From positions 113 through 64,112 of the forward strand of contig JAUMWR010000002.1 in assembly GCA_030529545.1 (NCBI GenBank): a stretch of 64,000 nucleotides of DNA, given 5' to 3'. Position 1 is the first letter of the stretch. Each line of letters starts with the position of its first letter. Position numbers and translations under genes: made by a program. The DNA is from Buchananella hordeovulneris (lineage in GTDB: Bacteria > Actinomycetota > Actinomycetes > Actinomycetales > Actinomycetaceae). This document shows, in pieces, positions 9,731 through 24,000 of this stretch. The notes under the pieces are model-generated. The model was not told the origin of the DNA, ran no database searches, and saw only the letters and a program-made list of their open reading frames with translations.

Positions 9731-10416
9731 CCGAGAACATCACCGTGCTGCTGGCCGACGACCAGTCGCTGATGCGCATGGGTTTTCGGATGGTGCTCGA
9801 CGCCGAGGACGGCATCGAGGTTATTGGCGAAGCCGCAGACGGGGCCACCGCGATCGCTATGGTGCGCTCGTTGCGTCCCGACGTGGTGCTCATGGACGTG
9901 CGCATGCCGGGGATCAACGGCATCGAGGCCACTGAACAGATTGCGCGGGAGTTCCCCACCACCAAGGTGCTGATCCTGACCACATTCGACCTGGACGAGT
10001 ACGCGTTCGCGGGCCTGCGGGCCGGTGCCTCCGGGTTCCTGCTGAAGGACACGCGCCCCACCGAGCTGGCGGAGGCCATCCGGACGGTGGCGAGCGGTGA
10101 GGCGGTGGTCTCTCCGCGCGTGACTAGGCGCATGCTGGAGATGTTCGCCGGCCAGCTGCCGGGCAGAGGTGCCAGCCCCGAGGAGGCCGGCGAGGTCGCC
10201 GCGAGCGACCCGGGCATCGAGTCGCTGACCGCCCGCGAGCGCGAGGTCCTGGAACTGATTGCCCAGGGCATGAGCAACGCGGAGATCGCCGACCATCTGG
10301 TGCTCTCCTCCACCACGATCAAGACCCACGTCGGCAACGTGCTGGCCAAGTTGGAGGTGCGAGACCGCGTGCAGGCGGTAGTGCGGGCTTACGAGGCCGG
10401 CTTGATGCACCGCTAG
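9712..10416 (+). CDS. Two-component response regulator, LuxR/NarL family
   Basis: Has a receiver domain (…[19 protein letters not shown]…[16 protein letters not shown]…) and a C-terminal LuxR helix-turn-helix (…[25 protein letters not shown]…). The ATG at 9727 overlaps the kinase stop (ATGA). A GTG at 9712 is also possible. Confidence 0.92.
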   Translation: MDAAAMTENITVLLADDQSLMRMGFRMVLDAEDGIEVIGEAADGATAIAMVRSLRPDVVLMDVRMPGINGIEATEQIAREFPTTKVLILTTFDLDEYAFAGLRAGASGFLLKDTRPTELAEAIRTVASGEAVVSPRVTRRMLEMFAGQLPGRGASPEEAGEVAASDPGIESLTAREREVLELIAQGMSNAEIADHLVLSSTTIKTHVGNVLAKLEVRDRVQAVVRAYEAGLMHR

Positions 10417-10643
10417 GCGGAGGCCCTCCAGCGGCCCGCCGGCTGCGCTTACGGGGAGGGGCCTGTGGCAAGGCGGCGGCGGCGCCTGCGTCCCCCCACC
10501 CCTCACGGCAAAAGAGTGGTCAAGAATGCATAAAGCATGGTCGTGCTGCGGCGCTCGGTGCTGTGACCAGGTGGCTACAATTTTGCGGTGGCGTTCCCCG
10601 GGCCCCACGGCGGGGGCCGGCAGCGCCCGCAACGGGAGGAACA

Positions 10644-12134
10644 ATGCACCGGATCGGCTTTGACCGCGAAAAGTACCTAGAACTGCAATCCCGGCACATC
10701 GCGGAGCGCAGAGCGCAATTTGGCGGCAAGCTCTACCTGGAGTTCGGCGGCAAGCTGGTTGACGACATGCACGCTGCGCGTGTGCTGCCCGGTTTCACTC
10801 CGGACAACAAGATCGTCATGCTAGCTGAGCTCGCCAGCGAGGTAGAGATCGTGGTGGTGGTCAACGCTGCCGACTTCGCCCGCAACAAGGTGCGCGCCGA
10901 CCTGGGTATTCCCTACGAGGACGACGTGCTGCGACACATCGACGAGTTCCGCGACTACGGGCTCTACGTGGGTTCCGTGGTGATCACCCACTGGTCCGAT
11001 GACAATCACCAGGCGGAAGCTTTCAAGACCAAGCTCATCAAGCTCGGCATTCCCGTCTACCGCCACTACCCCATCGCTGGCTATCCGCACGACGTGGCGC
11101 GCATCGTCTCCGACGAGGGCTACGGCCGCAACGAGTACATCGAGACCACCCGCGACTTGATCGTCGTTACCGCCCCCGGCCCCGGCTCCGGCAAGATGGC
11201 CACCTGTCTCTCCCAGCTCTACCACGACCACAAGCGTGGTATTTCCAGCGGGTACGCCAAGTTCGAGACCTTCCCGATCTGGAACCTGCCGCTGGACCAC
11301 CCGGTCAATATCGCCTACGAGGCCGCCACCGCTGACCTGGACGACGTCAACATGATTGACCACTTCCACCTGGCTGCCCACGGCGAGCAGACGGTCAACT
11401 ACAACCGGGACATCGAGATCTTCCCCGTGCTCTCCCGCCTCTTCGAGCAGATCCTAGGCACCTCCCCCTACGCCTCCCCCACCGACATGGGCGTGAACAT
11501 GGCCGGCCACTGCATCAGCGACGACGCGGCTTGCCGAGAGGCTTCTAAGCAAGAGGTGATTCGCCGTTACTACAAGGCCCTAGTACAGGAGCGCCGCAAC
11601 GAGGTCGAGGCCAACGAGTCCAACAAGATCGGCCTTCTCATGGCGTCTCTGGGGATCAAAGACACCGACCGCCCGGTGGTTACCCCTTGCGTGGAGCTGG
11701 CCGAGCAAACCGGCGCTCCCGCCGCCGCAATAGAGCTGGCCAACGGCGAGATCGAGGTGGGCAAGACCTCCCCGTTGCTGGGTGCCTGCGCCGCCATGCT
11801 GTTGAACGCGTTGAAGAAGCTGGCCGGGATCGACCCGCGCGTGGACCTGCTGGCCCCCGCCTCCATCGAGCCCATCCAGCGGCTCAAGACCACCCACCTG
11901 GGCTCCAAGAATCCGCGCCTTCACACCGATGAGGTCCTGATTGCGCTGGCGGTATCCGCCAATGGTGACGACAACGCCCGGCGCGCGCTGGAGTGCCTGG
12001 GCGAGCTGCGCGGCTGCGACGTGCACACTTCCACAATCCTAGGTTCCGTCGACGAGGGCATCTTCCGCTCTCTGGGCGTGCAGGTGACCAATGAGCCCGT
12101 GTTCGCCACCAGGAGCCTGTACCGCAAACGGTGA
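10644..12134 (+). CDS. DUF1846 (UPF0371) family protein of unknown function
   Basis: The 496-aa sequence [51 protein letters not shown]… matches the UPF0371 family as I recall it. The start at 10644 has a strong GGGAGGA RBS. The ORF-track start at 10563 is too long. Confidence 0.75.
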   Translation: MHRIGFDREKYLELQSRHIAERRAQFGGKLYLEFGGKLVDDMHAARVLPGFTPDNKIVMLAELASEVEIVVVVNAADFARNKVRADLGIPYEDDVLRHIDEFRDYGLYVGSVVITHWSDDNHQAEAFKTKLIKLGIPVYRHYPIAGYPHDVARIVSDEGYGRNEYIETTRDLIVVTAPGPGSGKMATCLSQLYHDHKRGISSGYAKFETFPIWNLPLDHPVNIAYEAATADLDDVNMIDHFHLAAHGEQTVNYNRDIEIFPVLSRLFEQILGTSPYASPTDMGVNMAGHCISDDAACREASKQEVIRRYYKALVQERRNEVEANESNKIGLLMASLGIKDTDRPVVTPCVELAEQTGAPAAAIELANGEIEVGKTSPLLGACAAMLLNALKKLAGIDPRVDLLAPASIEPIQRLKTTHLGSKNPRLHTDEVLIALAVSANGDDNARRALECLGELRGCDVHTSTILGSVDEGIFRSLGVQVTNEPVFATRSLYRKR

Positions 12135-12154
12135 GATGAATCCAGCGCAGTGAC

Positions 12155-12201
12155 GCAAAGCTCACGCCGGCAGTCATCTGTTCTGTCGGCGTGAGCTTTG
12201 C
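12155..12201. other. 19-bp near-perfect inverted repeat (stem-loop) between DUF1846 and the tRNA
   Basis: GCAAAGCTCACGCCGGCAG-tcatctgtt-CTGTCGGCGTGAGCTTTGC. It has no U-tract on either side, so it may be a GC-type terminator or processing element. Confidence 0.5.
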
Positions 12202-12222
12202 CCGGAAACAGGCAGAAAAACT

Positions 12223-12299
12223 TGGTGCCCCCAGTGGGACTCGAACCCACAACACGCAGATTTTAAGTCTGCTGCCTCTGCCAATTGGGCCATAGGGGC
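12223..12299 (-). tRNA. 77-nt tRNA with anticodon loop CUUAAAA, giving anticodon UAA (leucine by the genetic code). It has a class-I short variable arm, a tRNA-Lys-like body, and an encoded CCA.
   Basis: The minus strand reads GCCCCTATGGCCCAATTGGCAGAGGCAGCAGACTTAAAATCTGCGTGTTGTGGGTTCGAGTCCCACTGGGGGCACCA. The acceptor stem is GCCCCTA/TGGGGGC, the T-arm is GTGGG-TTCGAGT-CCCAC, the anticodon stem is GCAGA/TCTGC, the variable loop is 5 nt, and the discriminator is A. Confidence 0.8.
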
Positions 12300-12339
12300 T
12301 GACCGCAACTATCTTAGATCAGGCACCGGAAGGATAGTG

Positions 12340-13734
12340 ATGAGCAAGCGCAAGCCCGACAAGCCCCACAGCAGGACTCCGCACCGCAAGACCACTCACG
12401 TAGTGTCCAAGAAGCGTGACAAGGGCGCCCCCCTACGGCCGCAACGCGATCCCCGCTCTGGAAGAAAAACCATGCGCGCGCGCTTGCCCAAGCGCGTCAC
12501 CGAGCACCCCGCATTTGGTGCGCTCTTTGACGTATTGCCTGGCAAGCTGCGCGACGAGACCTTCGCCGGCCTGCTGGTCATCGCCGCCGCCTTCTTGGCG
12601 CTGGTCCTGGCCAACACCCCCGCGCAGCACTGGTATCACCACCTCGCGGACGTCCACATTGGCCCGGCCTCCTGGGGTCTCAACCTCTCCCTGGAGCATT
12701 GGGCCGCCGATGGCCTCTTGGCGATTTTCTTCTTCGTAGTCGGCCTAGAGCTCAAGACCGAGTTCTCTGTCGGGGCGTTGCGCGACGTCCGTCAAGCCGC
12801 CCTGCCCATGCTCGCCGCCGTCTTTGGCATGGTGGGCCCCGCCCTGTTCTACGTCGGCACTCAGCTCGTTGGCGACGGCAGTCACATGCACGGCTGGGCC
12901 ATCCCCACGGCCACCGACATCGCCTTCGCGGTGGCGGTGCTGGGCATCCTGGGCAGGGGCCTTCCCTCCGGCGTGCGTACCTTCCTGCTCACCCTGGCCG
13001 TGGTGGACGACCTGCTGGCCATCATCATCATTGCGGCCTTCTACAGCTCTGACCTGAACTTCGCCTACCTAGGCGGCGCCCTGGCCACCGTATTCGTCTT
13101 TGGTGTCCTAGCCCGCAAGCGTATTTTCAAGCGTTACCTGCTGATCCCGCTTGCGCTCCTGACCTGGTACTTCATGCTGCAAAGCGGCATCCACGCCACC
13201 ATCGCCGGTGTGCTGCTGGGCTTGGTTATTCCGGCTCGCCGCCACGCGGACCTGGACGACGACCTGGACCACGGCGGCTGGACCCACGCCATCGCCCACC
13301 GCGTCGGCCCCATCAGTGCTGGCCTGGCCCTCCCGGTCTTCGCGTTCTTCGCTGCCGGCGTCACCGTCATCGGTTCCGAGGGCGGACTCGTCTCTGCCCT
13401 TACCGACCCCGTTTCCATCGGCGTCTACCTCGGTCTGCCGCTGGGCAAACTGGTAGGAATCGCCGGCTCTGTATGGTTCCTGGTCAAGTTCACCCCGCTC
13501 TCGCTCGGCAAGGGCGTGGTCATGAAGGACATCGCTGCGGTCGGTCTGCTCTCCGGCATCGGCTTCACCGTATCGCTACTGATCGCCTCCCTGGCGTTTC
13601 CCACCGAACCGATTGAGTCTGACCACGCAGCCATCGCGGTCATCCTCGGTTCCCTGGTCTCAGCCGTCCTCGGCGGCGCGATCGTGCACCACCGCGCCGT
13701 GGTGCACGCCCGCGAAGACGGCATCGACCTCTAG
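12340..13734 (+). CDS. nhaA: Na+/H+ antiporter NhaA with an unusually basic ~45-aa N-terminal extension
   Basis: Contains the NhaA core (…LVLANTPAQHWYHHLADVHIGPASWGLNLSLEHWAADGLLAIFFFVVGLELK…). A GGAAGGA RBS precedes the ATG at 12340. The N-terminus is MSKRKPDKPHSRTPHRKTTHVVSKKRDKG…. Confidence 0.88.
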   Translation: MSKRKPDKPHSRTPHRKTTHVVSKKRDKGAPLRPQRDPRSGRKTMRARLPKRVTEHPAFGALFDVLPGKLRDETFAGLLVIAAAFLALVLANTPAQHWYHHLADVHIGPASWGLNLSLEHWAADGLLAIFFFVVGLELKTEFSVGALRDVRQAALPMLAAVFGMVGPALFYVGTQLVGDGSHMHGWAIPTATDIAFAVAVLGILGRGLPSGVRTFLLTLAVVDDLLAIIIIAAFYSSDLNFAYLGGALATVFVFGVLARKRIFKRYLLIPLALLTWYFMLQSGIHATIAGVLLGLVIPARRHADLDDDLDHGGWTHAIAHRVGPISAGLALPVFAFFAAGVTVIGSEGGLVSALTDPVSIGVYLGLPLGKLVGIAGSVWFLVKFTPLSLGKGVVMKDIAAVGLLSGIGFTVSLLIASLAFPTEPIESDHAAIAVILGSLVSAVLGGAIVHHRAVVHAREDGIDL

Positions 13735-13752
13735 GCTCGCCGGTCCGCAGCG

Positions 13753-13796
13753 CAACGGAGGGGCTCCCGGATTTGGATCCGGGAGCCCCTCCGTTG
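13753..13796. terminator. Perfect 20-bp palindrome between convergent nhaA and ppx (bidirectional terminator)
   Basis: CAACGGAGGGGCTCCCGGAT-ttgg-ATCCGGGAGCCCCTCCGTTG. Confidence 0.7.
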
Positions 13797-13888
13797 GCGT
13801 GACGGCCGCCCTCTGGGCGCGCCCTGGCTTGAGCTAGCCCCAGCGCGGTGGCGGCGTTGCCGGGCCACTGCGCGGCGGCTTGGCCCAC

Positions 13889-14929
13889 TCAGGCCCGGCG
13901 GCCCGCTACCGAGAGCGCGATGCCGTCCAGGATGTCGTGCTCGCTGGTGGTGACGTGGCGCAGCTTCCCGCCGCGCGCCTCCACGGCCGCAGCGATGCCG
14001 CTGACGACCTCGGACCACACGATTGCGCCGGCCCCGATCACGTCGCGCCGGGCCGGGTGCAGGAAGCCCATGGCCTCGCGCTCGGCGCGCGTGGAGAACA
14101 GCATCCGCTCACAGGAGTCCAGCACCTTCTCCACCGGCAGGCGGGCGCCGTTGATGCGCTCGCGCTCGTACTGCCCCAGGCCCAGGGCGTGGGCGGTCAG
14201 CGTCGTCACCGAGCCGGCCAATCCCACCAGTTCGTCCGTCTGCCCCAGCTCCAGGGCCGCGATCGCCGGGGCCAGTAGCGCCCGCACGTCCGCACGCGCG
14301 ACCGCGACGGCCGCCCGGCTGGGGCGGCCTGCGGCGTCCAGGCCGGCGGCCAGGTGCCGCTCGGTCATGCGCACGCAGCCCATGTCCAGGCTCTGCGCCG
14401 CCACCGGGGCCTCCACGCCGCGCACCAGCTCCGTGGAGCCGCCGCCGATGTCCACCACCGTGCGCTGACGGCCCCCTGCCGGGGCGCTCCCCTCGGCGCC
14501 GCCGCGCGGGGCGGCCGCGTCCTCACCGGCGCCGGCGGGAACGTCGTCCACCCCCAAAGCCACCAGGGCGCCAGAGAAGGACAGCGTGGCCTCCTCCTGG
14601 CCGCTAATCACCTCCGGCTCCAACCCCAGGCGGGCGCGAATCCCCTCCACGAACACGTCCCGATTGCGCGCATCCCGCGTGGCGGAGGTGGCCACAAAAC
14701 GAGCGGCCTCGACGCCGTGCTCGCGCATCAAGGCCCCGTAGTCTGCCGCCGCCGCGAACGTGCGCTCCAACGCCTGCGCGTCCAGCTCCCCCGTGGCGTC
14801 CACGCCGTGCCCAAGGCGCACAATGCGCATCAAACGGACGACGTCAACCAGCCGGCCATCGGCACCGACTTCGGAAATGAGCAGACGAATGGAGTTAGTT
14901 CCACAGTCAATAGCGGCAATACGGGTCAT
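13889..14929 (-). CDS. ppx: Ppx/GppA family exopolyphosphatase / guanosine pentaphosphate phosphohydrolase
   Basis: Begins MTRIAAIDCGTNSIRLLISEV… and contains …VVDIGGGSTELV…. It carries a Gly/Ala-rich insertion. The ATG is at 14929. Synteny eno-ftsB-DUF501-ppx matches Mycobacterium. Confidence 0.9.
   Translation of the reverse strand: MTRIAAIDCGTNSIRLLISEVGADGRLVDVVRLMRIVRLGHGVDATGELDAQALERTFAAAADYGALMREHGVEAARFVATSATRDARNRDVFVEGIRARLGLEPEVISGQEEATLSFSGALVALGVDDVPAGAGEDAAAPRGGAEGSAPAGGRQRTVVDIGGGSTELVRGVEAPVAAQSLDMGCVRMTERHLAAGLDAAGRPSRAAVAVARADVRALLAPAIAALELGQTDELVGLAGSVTTLTAHALGLGQYERERINGARLPVEKVLDSCERMLFSTRAEREAMGFLHPARRDVIGAGAIVWSEVVSGIAAAVEARGGKLRHVTTSEHDILDGIALSVAGRRA
14528..14549 (+). 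repeat. Copy of the dispersed motif GGCGCCGGCGGGAACGTCGTCC (inside ppx, antisense, encoding DDVPAGAGE)
   Basis: The copy is followed by CACCCCCAAAGCC. The copy at 28706-28739 shows related downstream flanks, and the copy at 57831-57865 is more weakly similar. Confidence 0.8.
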
Positions 14930-14959
14930 ACCCACAATGCTGCCACCTGCGGCCAACAA

Positions 14960-15490
14960 TCATTCACACGAGCACTTGGACTTATCCCACAGCCCGCGCT
15001 CGCGTGCGATCTCCAGCGCCCGGTCCCCCACGGGGTTCACGCCCTCGCCGGCGGCCAGCGAGTGGCCCGCCAGCGCGTGCAGGCACTTGATGCGCGTGGG
15101 CATCCCGCCCGCGCTCACGCCCGCGATCTCCGGGACATCCCCCAGGGCGGCACGGTCCGCCAGGTAGGCCTGGTGGGCGGCCTGGTAGGCCTCCTGCATC
15201 TCCTGGCTCTGCGACAGCTCAGCCTTGAGGTCCTCCATCGTGTGCTCGGCCTCGAGCGTGCTCATAGCCTTCACCGCACCAGGGTGGGTCAGGTAGAGAG
15301 TGGTGGGGAACGGCGTACCGTCGTCCAGGCGCGGCAGGGTGCGCACCACGGCCGGGCGGCCGCACACGCAGCGCGCCGCGATGGAGTGCACGCCCCGGGC
15401 CGGGCGGCCCAGCTGCTCCTGCAGCGCCACCATGTCCGCTTCCGTCACCTGCTCGCTCGGCACCTGGCCGCCCGCCTTTTCCTGGCTCAT
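14960..15490 (-). CDS. DUF501 family protein
   Basis: The 176-aa protein sits between the ftsB-like gene and ppx, as in mycobacteria (Rv1025-like). Its start overlaps the upstream stop (ATGA). Confidence 0.8.
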   Translation of the reverse strand: MSQEKAGGQVPSEQVTEADMVALQEQLGRPARGVHSIAARCVCGRPAVVRTLPRLDDGTPFPTTLYLTHPGAVKAMSTLEAEHTMEDLKAELSQSQEMQEAYQAAHQAYLADRAALGDVPEIAGVSAGGMPTRIKCLHALAGHSLAAGEGVNPVGDRALEIARERGLWDKSKCSCE

Positions 15491-16764
15491 TTGTTCTCCC
15501 CTTCAGTGATGATTCCCGGCGGTGCAGTGGGCTGCTGGTTGCGCGGGATCGAGCTAGGGGACTGCCCCTGCCACAGTGAGTAGACCCAAGAATCGGGCTT
15601 CCTGTCCACTCGAAGCTGCGGATCGGCGGTTTCTTGCGTCTGCGGCTGCGCCACCGAGGAGTCCGTGACGATATAGATTCGCTCGCCCGGCTGCACGAAT
15701 CCGAGCCGGTCGCGTGCCTCCCGGCGCACCACGTTGGGGTCCTCCCACTGGGCCAGCTCCCGGCGCATCTCCTCGTTGCGCTGGCGGGCCTCTGCCAGCT
15801 CCTGGACCAAAGCCGCGCGCTCGGCGCGCTGGTCAAGCCAGGTGCGCATGGGGCCCACCACGATCGTGGCCGCGATGACCGCGCTCATGACGAGCACCAG
15901 CACCGCCATTGGACGGGACATGCCCTTCTCGCTGGCCACCTGGGCCGGGGCCTCCACCTGCGGGGTGGGGGTGGTGAGGCGCGCCTGCTCCGTCTCCCGG
16001 GAGGCCGGGCGGCGCCGAGCGCTGCGGGCCCCCGCCGTGGGGCGGGTGCTCGGGCCGTTGCTGCGGTGAATCTGGGCGGCGCGCGGGCCGGTCCTGCCCT
16101 GCGGGGCGCGGTTCTCCGCCGCCTGCGCGGCACTCTCCACAGCCTGGGCGCGCCTATCTACGTGCGTGGTTCCCGCGCGCACCACCGGGCCACCGCCGGC
16201 GCGGGTCCGGTGCGGGGCGATGCCGGTGGGCGAGAGATCGAGGGAGGCCTGCGCGCCCTGCCCGGCGGGCACCACGGCCCGCCCCTGAGACGGCTTGCCC
16301 GGTTTGACGGCCGGGGCAGCCTGCCTACCGGCGGCGGGACGAGCGGCAGCGGCGCTGCCTGCGCGCTTTTCCGCAGGGATGACGCCCCGCGCGGCGCCCT
16401 CCTGGGGGCGGCCGGTCGCTGTCTCACGGGTGGGGGCGACCGGGCCGCTGCTGGCCGCCGGACGCGCGGTGCTCTGCTGCCGGCTGGCGGCGCCCGAGTG
16501 GGGGGCCGAGTCTGAGCGGGGGTTCGGGCCCTGCCCGGCGGGGGCCTGGCCGGAAGGAGCCCAGCGAGCAGGGGCTTGGCCCGCGTGCTGGCCCGCCGCA
16601 GCTCCGGCGCCCTGGCTCGCGTCGCGCGCGGTGCCCGCACCGCCCCGGGAGCGGGGCATGGCTGGGCGGCGAGGAGAGTGCGGCATGGCCCTATCGTCTC
16701 GCATTTGCCGCGCAGAAGCTCGGCGAACACTCCGGGGCCCGGCAAAGCCGGGCAGGGGAGACAA
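15487..16764 (-). CDS. Septum-formation initiator (FtsB/DivIC-like) protein with a ~250-aa disordered Ala/Pro/Gln/Arg-rich N-terminal region
   Basis: The C-terminus has a TM segment (AVLVLVMSAVIAATIVV) followed by a coiled-coil (DQRAERAALVQELAEARQRNEEMRRELAQWEDPNVVRREARDRLGFVQPGE). It lies downstream of eno. The true start is uncertain. Confidence 0.7.
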   Translation of the reverse strand: MSPLPGFAGPRSVRRASARQMRDDRAMPHSPRRPAMPRSRGGAGTARDASQGAGAAAGQHAGQAPARWAPSGQAPAGQGPNPRSDSAPHSGAASRQQSTARPAASSGPVAPTRETATGRPQEGAARGVIPAEKRAGSAAAARPAAGRQAAPAVKPGKPSQGRAVVPAGQGAQASLDLSPTGIAPHRTRAGGGPVVRAGTTHVDRRAQAVESAAQAAENRAPQGRTGPRAAQIHRSNGPSTRPTAGARSARRRPASRETEQARLTTPTPQVEAPAQVASEKGMSRPMAVLVLVMSAVIAATIVVGPMRTWLDQRAERAALVQELAEARQRNEEMRRELAQWEDPNVVRREARDRLGFVQPGERIYIVTDSSVAQPQTQETADPQLRVDRKPDSWVYSLWQGQSPSSIPRNQQPTAPPGIITEGENK

Positions 16765-16827
16765 AACGGCCCGCCACCGGGAGGTGACGGGCCGTTTCGG
16801 TTAGGCGCTAGCGCCTACGCAAGCGGT

Positions 16828-18117
<1,290 letters not shown>

Positions 18118-18334
18118 TTAGTAGATCTGTGGTCGATGCTCATCGAACAGTGCCCACACTAGTGCGCTTGGGTCCCTCGCGGCCATGACTTTAGGCCGTT
18201 TCGCGAGCGGTGAAGCTCCCAAAATTCTGGCAGTGGGCGCAAAAAAGCCAGGGCGCGGGGTGGCAAGAGAGCACTTGCCACCCCGCGCCCTGGCGCTGCC
18301 AGGCTGTACTGACGCGCAAACGCACCGGCTGGGA

Positions 18335-18880
18335 CTACTGCCCGCCCAGTTCCAGGGGGAGCTGTGGCTCCAGCGGCAGCAGCCACTTCAGGTTGAGGTT
18401 ACCCATCTGGTCGCGCGGCGTGTACTTCGGGTTGAAGGTGATGTCGCCGTTGCTGCTGGCGGTGGAGAAGATCTCCGGGAGGGCCTCACCAAAACCGGCC
18501 GTGTTCATCTGCGCCAGGATCTGGTTGCTGCGGAAGAAGTCCACCAGCCCCTGGGCCGGCTCCTGGCCCTCCGGCAGTGCGCCGGGCAAGCCCTGCAGCA
18601 GCTGACCGCTCTTGATGCCCTTGATGACCTCTGCCTCCGGCACGTCGAACTCCCCGGCGTGGTGAAGTACGAAGGCCGCCTGGACGGCCAGCGGCACCAG
18701 GTTCTCCGCCGGGGTCTCCATCGTGTTGAGGGCCGTGGCCTGGGCGGCGAACTCCTCCAGGTAGTCGGCGGAGATGGGCTCGCCGTAGACGACGGCGGCG
18801 TTGTTCGGGCTGGTGTTGCAGCCAGCCAAGAGGGCCAGCGCAGCGGCGGCCACGCCCAACCGAGAGATTACCTTGCGCAT
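18335..18880 (-). CDS. Putative secreted lipoprotein
   Basis: Signal peptide and lipobox MRKVISRLGVAAAALALLAGC. It occupies the position of mycobacterial lpqU between mfd and eno. Confidence 0.6.
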   Translation of the reverse strand: MRKVISRLGVAAAALALLAGCNTSPNNAAVVYGEPISADYLEEFAAQATALNTMETPAENLVPLAVQAAFVLHHAGEFDVPEAEVIKGIKSGQLLQGLPGALPEGQEPAQGLVDFFRSNQILAQMNTAGFGEALPEIFSTASSNGDITFNPKYTPRDQMGNLNLKWLLPLEPQLPLELGGQ

Positions 18881-18917
18881 TGCACGCTCCTTCCTAACGG
18901 GCCAGCCTAGTCCACTC

Positions 18918-22679
<3,762 letters not shown>

Positions 22680-22815
22680 CCCTCCAGCCTACGCGCTGGC
22701 GGCGGCCCGCCCGACGCTGTGCTACGTGCTGCGTGCTGCGTTGCGCAGTGGCCGGGGCAGGCGGCCCCTCCCGCGACCATGCTGCGCGCCCCTCCCGTTG
22801 GTCGGAGCTCCCCGG

Positions 22816-23409
22816 CTAGGAAGTGTGCAGGCGCATCTGCGCCAGCTCCAGCCCGCGCGCCACCACGTCCTCCACGGCGTCGGCGGCCAGCTCCAGACTC
22901 ACACCGAGGTCCGCCTTCTCACCGGCGGCGAAGTCGGAGAGCACGTAGTCGGCCGGATCCTGGGAGCCCGGCGGGCGCCCCACGCCAAAGCGCAGGCGCA
23001 GGTAGTCGCGCGTGCCCAGGGACTGGGAGAACGAGCGCAGACCGTTGTGGCCACCCTCGCCGCCGCCGCACTTCAGGCGCAGCGTCCAGGCCGGCAGGTC
23101 GAGCTCGTCGTGAATCACCAGGATTCGCTCCGGCGGAATCTGGAAGTAGCCCGCGAGCGCCTTCAGCGGCCCGCCGGAGACGTTCATGTAGCCCATCGTG
23201 TAGGCGAGGACCGCGCGCGGGCCGGGTACGCCGCCGGGCCCCATGCCCAACCTGGCCTCCGCCATGAGGGTCTGGGAGGAGTGCCGCGAGAGCGAGACCC
23301 CGGCGCGCTTGGCCAGCACGTCCACCACCATGCGGCCCACGTTGTGCCGGTTGCCCTCGTACTTGCGGCCCGTGTTGCCCAGGCCGGCGATCAGCCAAGT
23401 CTCGCTCAT
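22816..23409 (-). CDS. pth: Peptidyl-tRNA hydrolase
   Basis: The sequence MSETWLIAGLGNTGRKYEGNRHNVGRMVVD… is canonical Pth. Confidence 0.95.
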   Translation of the reverse strand: MSETWLIAGLGNTGRKYEGNRHNVGRMVVDVLAKRAGVSLSRHSSQTLMAEARLGMGPGGVPGPRAVLAYTMGYMNVSGGPLKALAGYFQIPPERILVIHDELDLPAWTLRLKCGGGEGGHNGLRSFSQSLGTRDYLRLRFGVGRPPGSQDPADYVLSDFAAGEKADLGVSLELAADAVEDVVARGLELAQMRLHTS

Positions 23410-23514
23410 TGCTGTCCTCCCGCTTTCCGCCGCCGAGCCTACCTGCTATCGGCGCTGTCTCTCGCGCCCTGGCCGCTGCACTCCCCGGGGTGCGCGGCGC
23501 CCGCAGGAAGAGAA

Positions 23515-23543
23515 GCGGCCCCGCCTCCTTGAGGCGGGGCCGC
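23515..23543 (-). terminator. Candidate terminator after rplY
   Basis: Perfect 13-bp stem GCGGCCCCGCCTC-ctt-GAGGCGGGGCCGC. On the minus strand it is followed by TTCTCTTCC. Confidence 0.55.
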
Positions 23544-23570
23544 ACAGCTAAGCGCTGGATCAGCGTTGGC

Positions 23571-23870
23571 TCACAGAACCAGCAGGTCCACGTGCTCGAT
23601 GATGGTGGTGACCGGGTCACGCTGGATGTCCTGAACGCGTACCTTGAACTCCTTGCCCTCGTGGGTCACGGTCAGCTCGGCCTTCGGGTTGCCCTTGACG
23701 GCCAGGAACAGAGCGTGAGCCGGGACGGTCAGGTGCAGGGTCTCCTGGCCCTTGCCGTACAGCACGACCGGGGTCTTGCCGGAGGCGCGCAGGCGGCGGG
23801 CAACGCCCTTGCCGAACTCGGTGCGGGTCTCAGCGTCCAGACGGGAACGGTCCTCGAGAATCTCAGCCAT
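23571..23870 (-). CDS. rplY: 50S ribosomal protein L25 (short form lacking the Ctc C-terminal domain)
   Basis: The sequence MAEILEDRSRLDAETRTEFGKGVARRLRASGKTPVVLYGKGQ…VRVQDIQRDPVTTIIEHVDLLVL covers the L25 N-domain only. The ORF-track start at 23921 is likely too long. Confidence 0.8.
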   Translation of the reverse strand: MAEILEDRSRLDAETRTEFGKGVARRLRASGKTPVVLYGKGQETLHLTVPAHALFLAVKGNPKAELTVTHEGKEFKVRVQDIQRDPVTTIIEHVDLLVL

Positions 23871-24000
23871 TTGGCTCTCCTTTTCAGTGTGGGCGGCGGG
23901 CAATGCGGGCCGCTGGCCCACACCGCGTCGATAACGAAAGCAGGGCGCTTTCCTCGCCGAGGTACCCGCCTACTTTACCGGCCCTCGCCACCGCTGCGCC

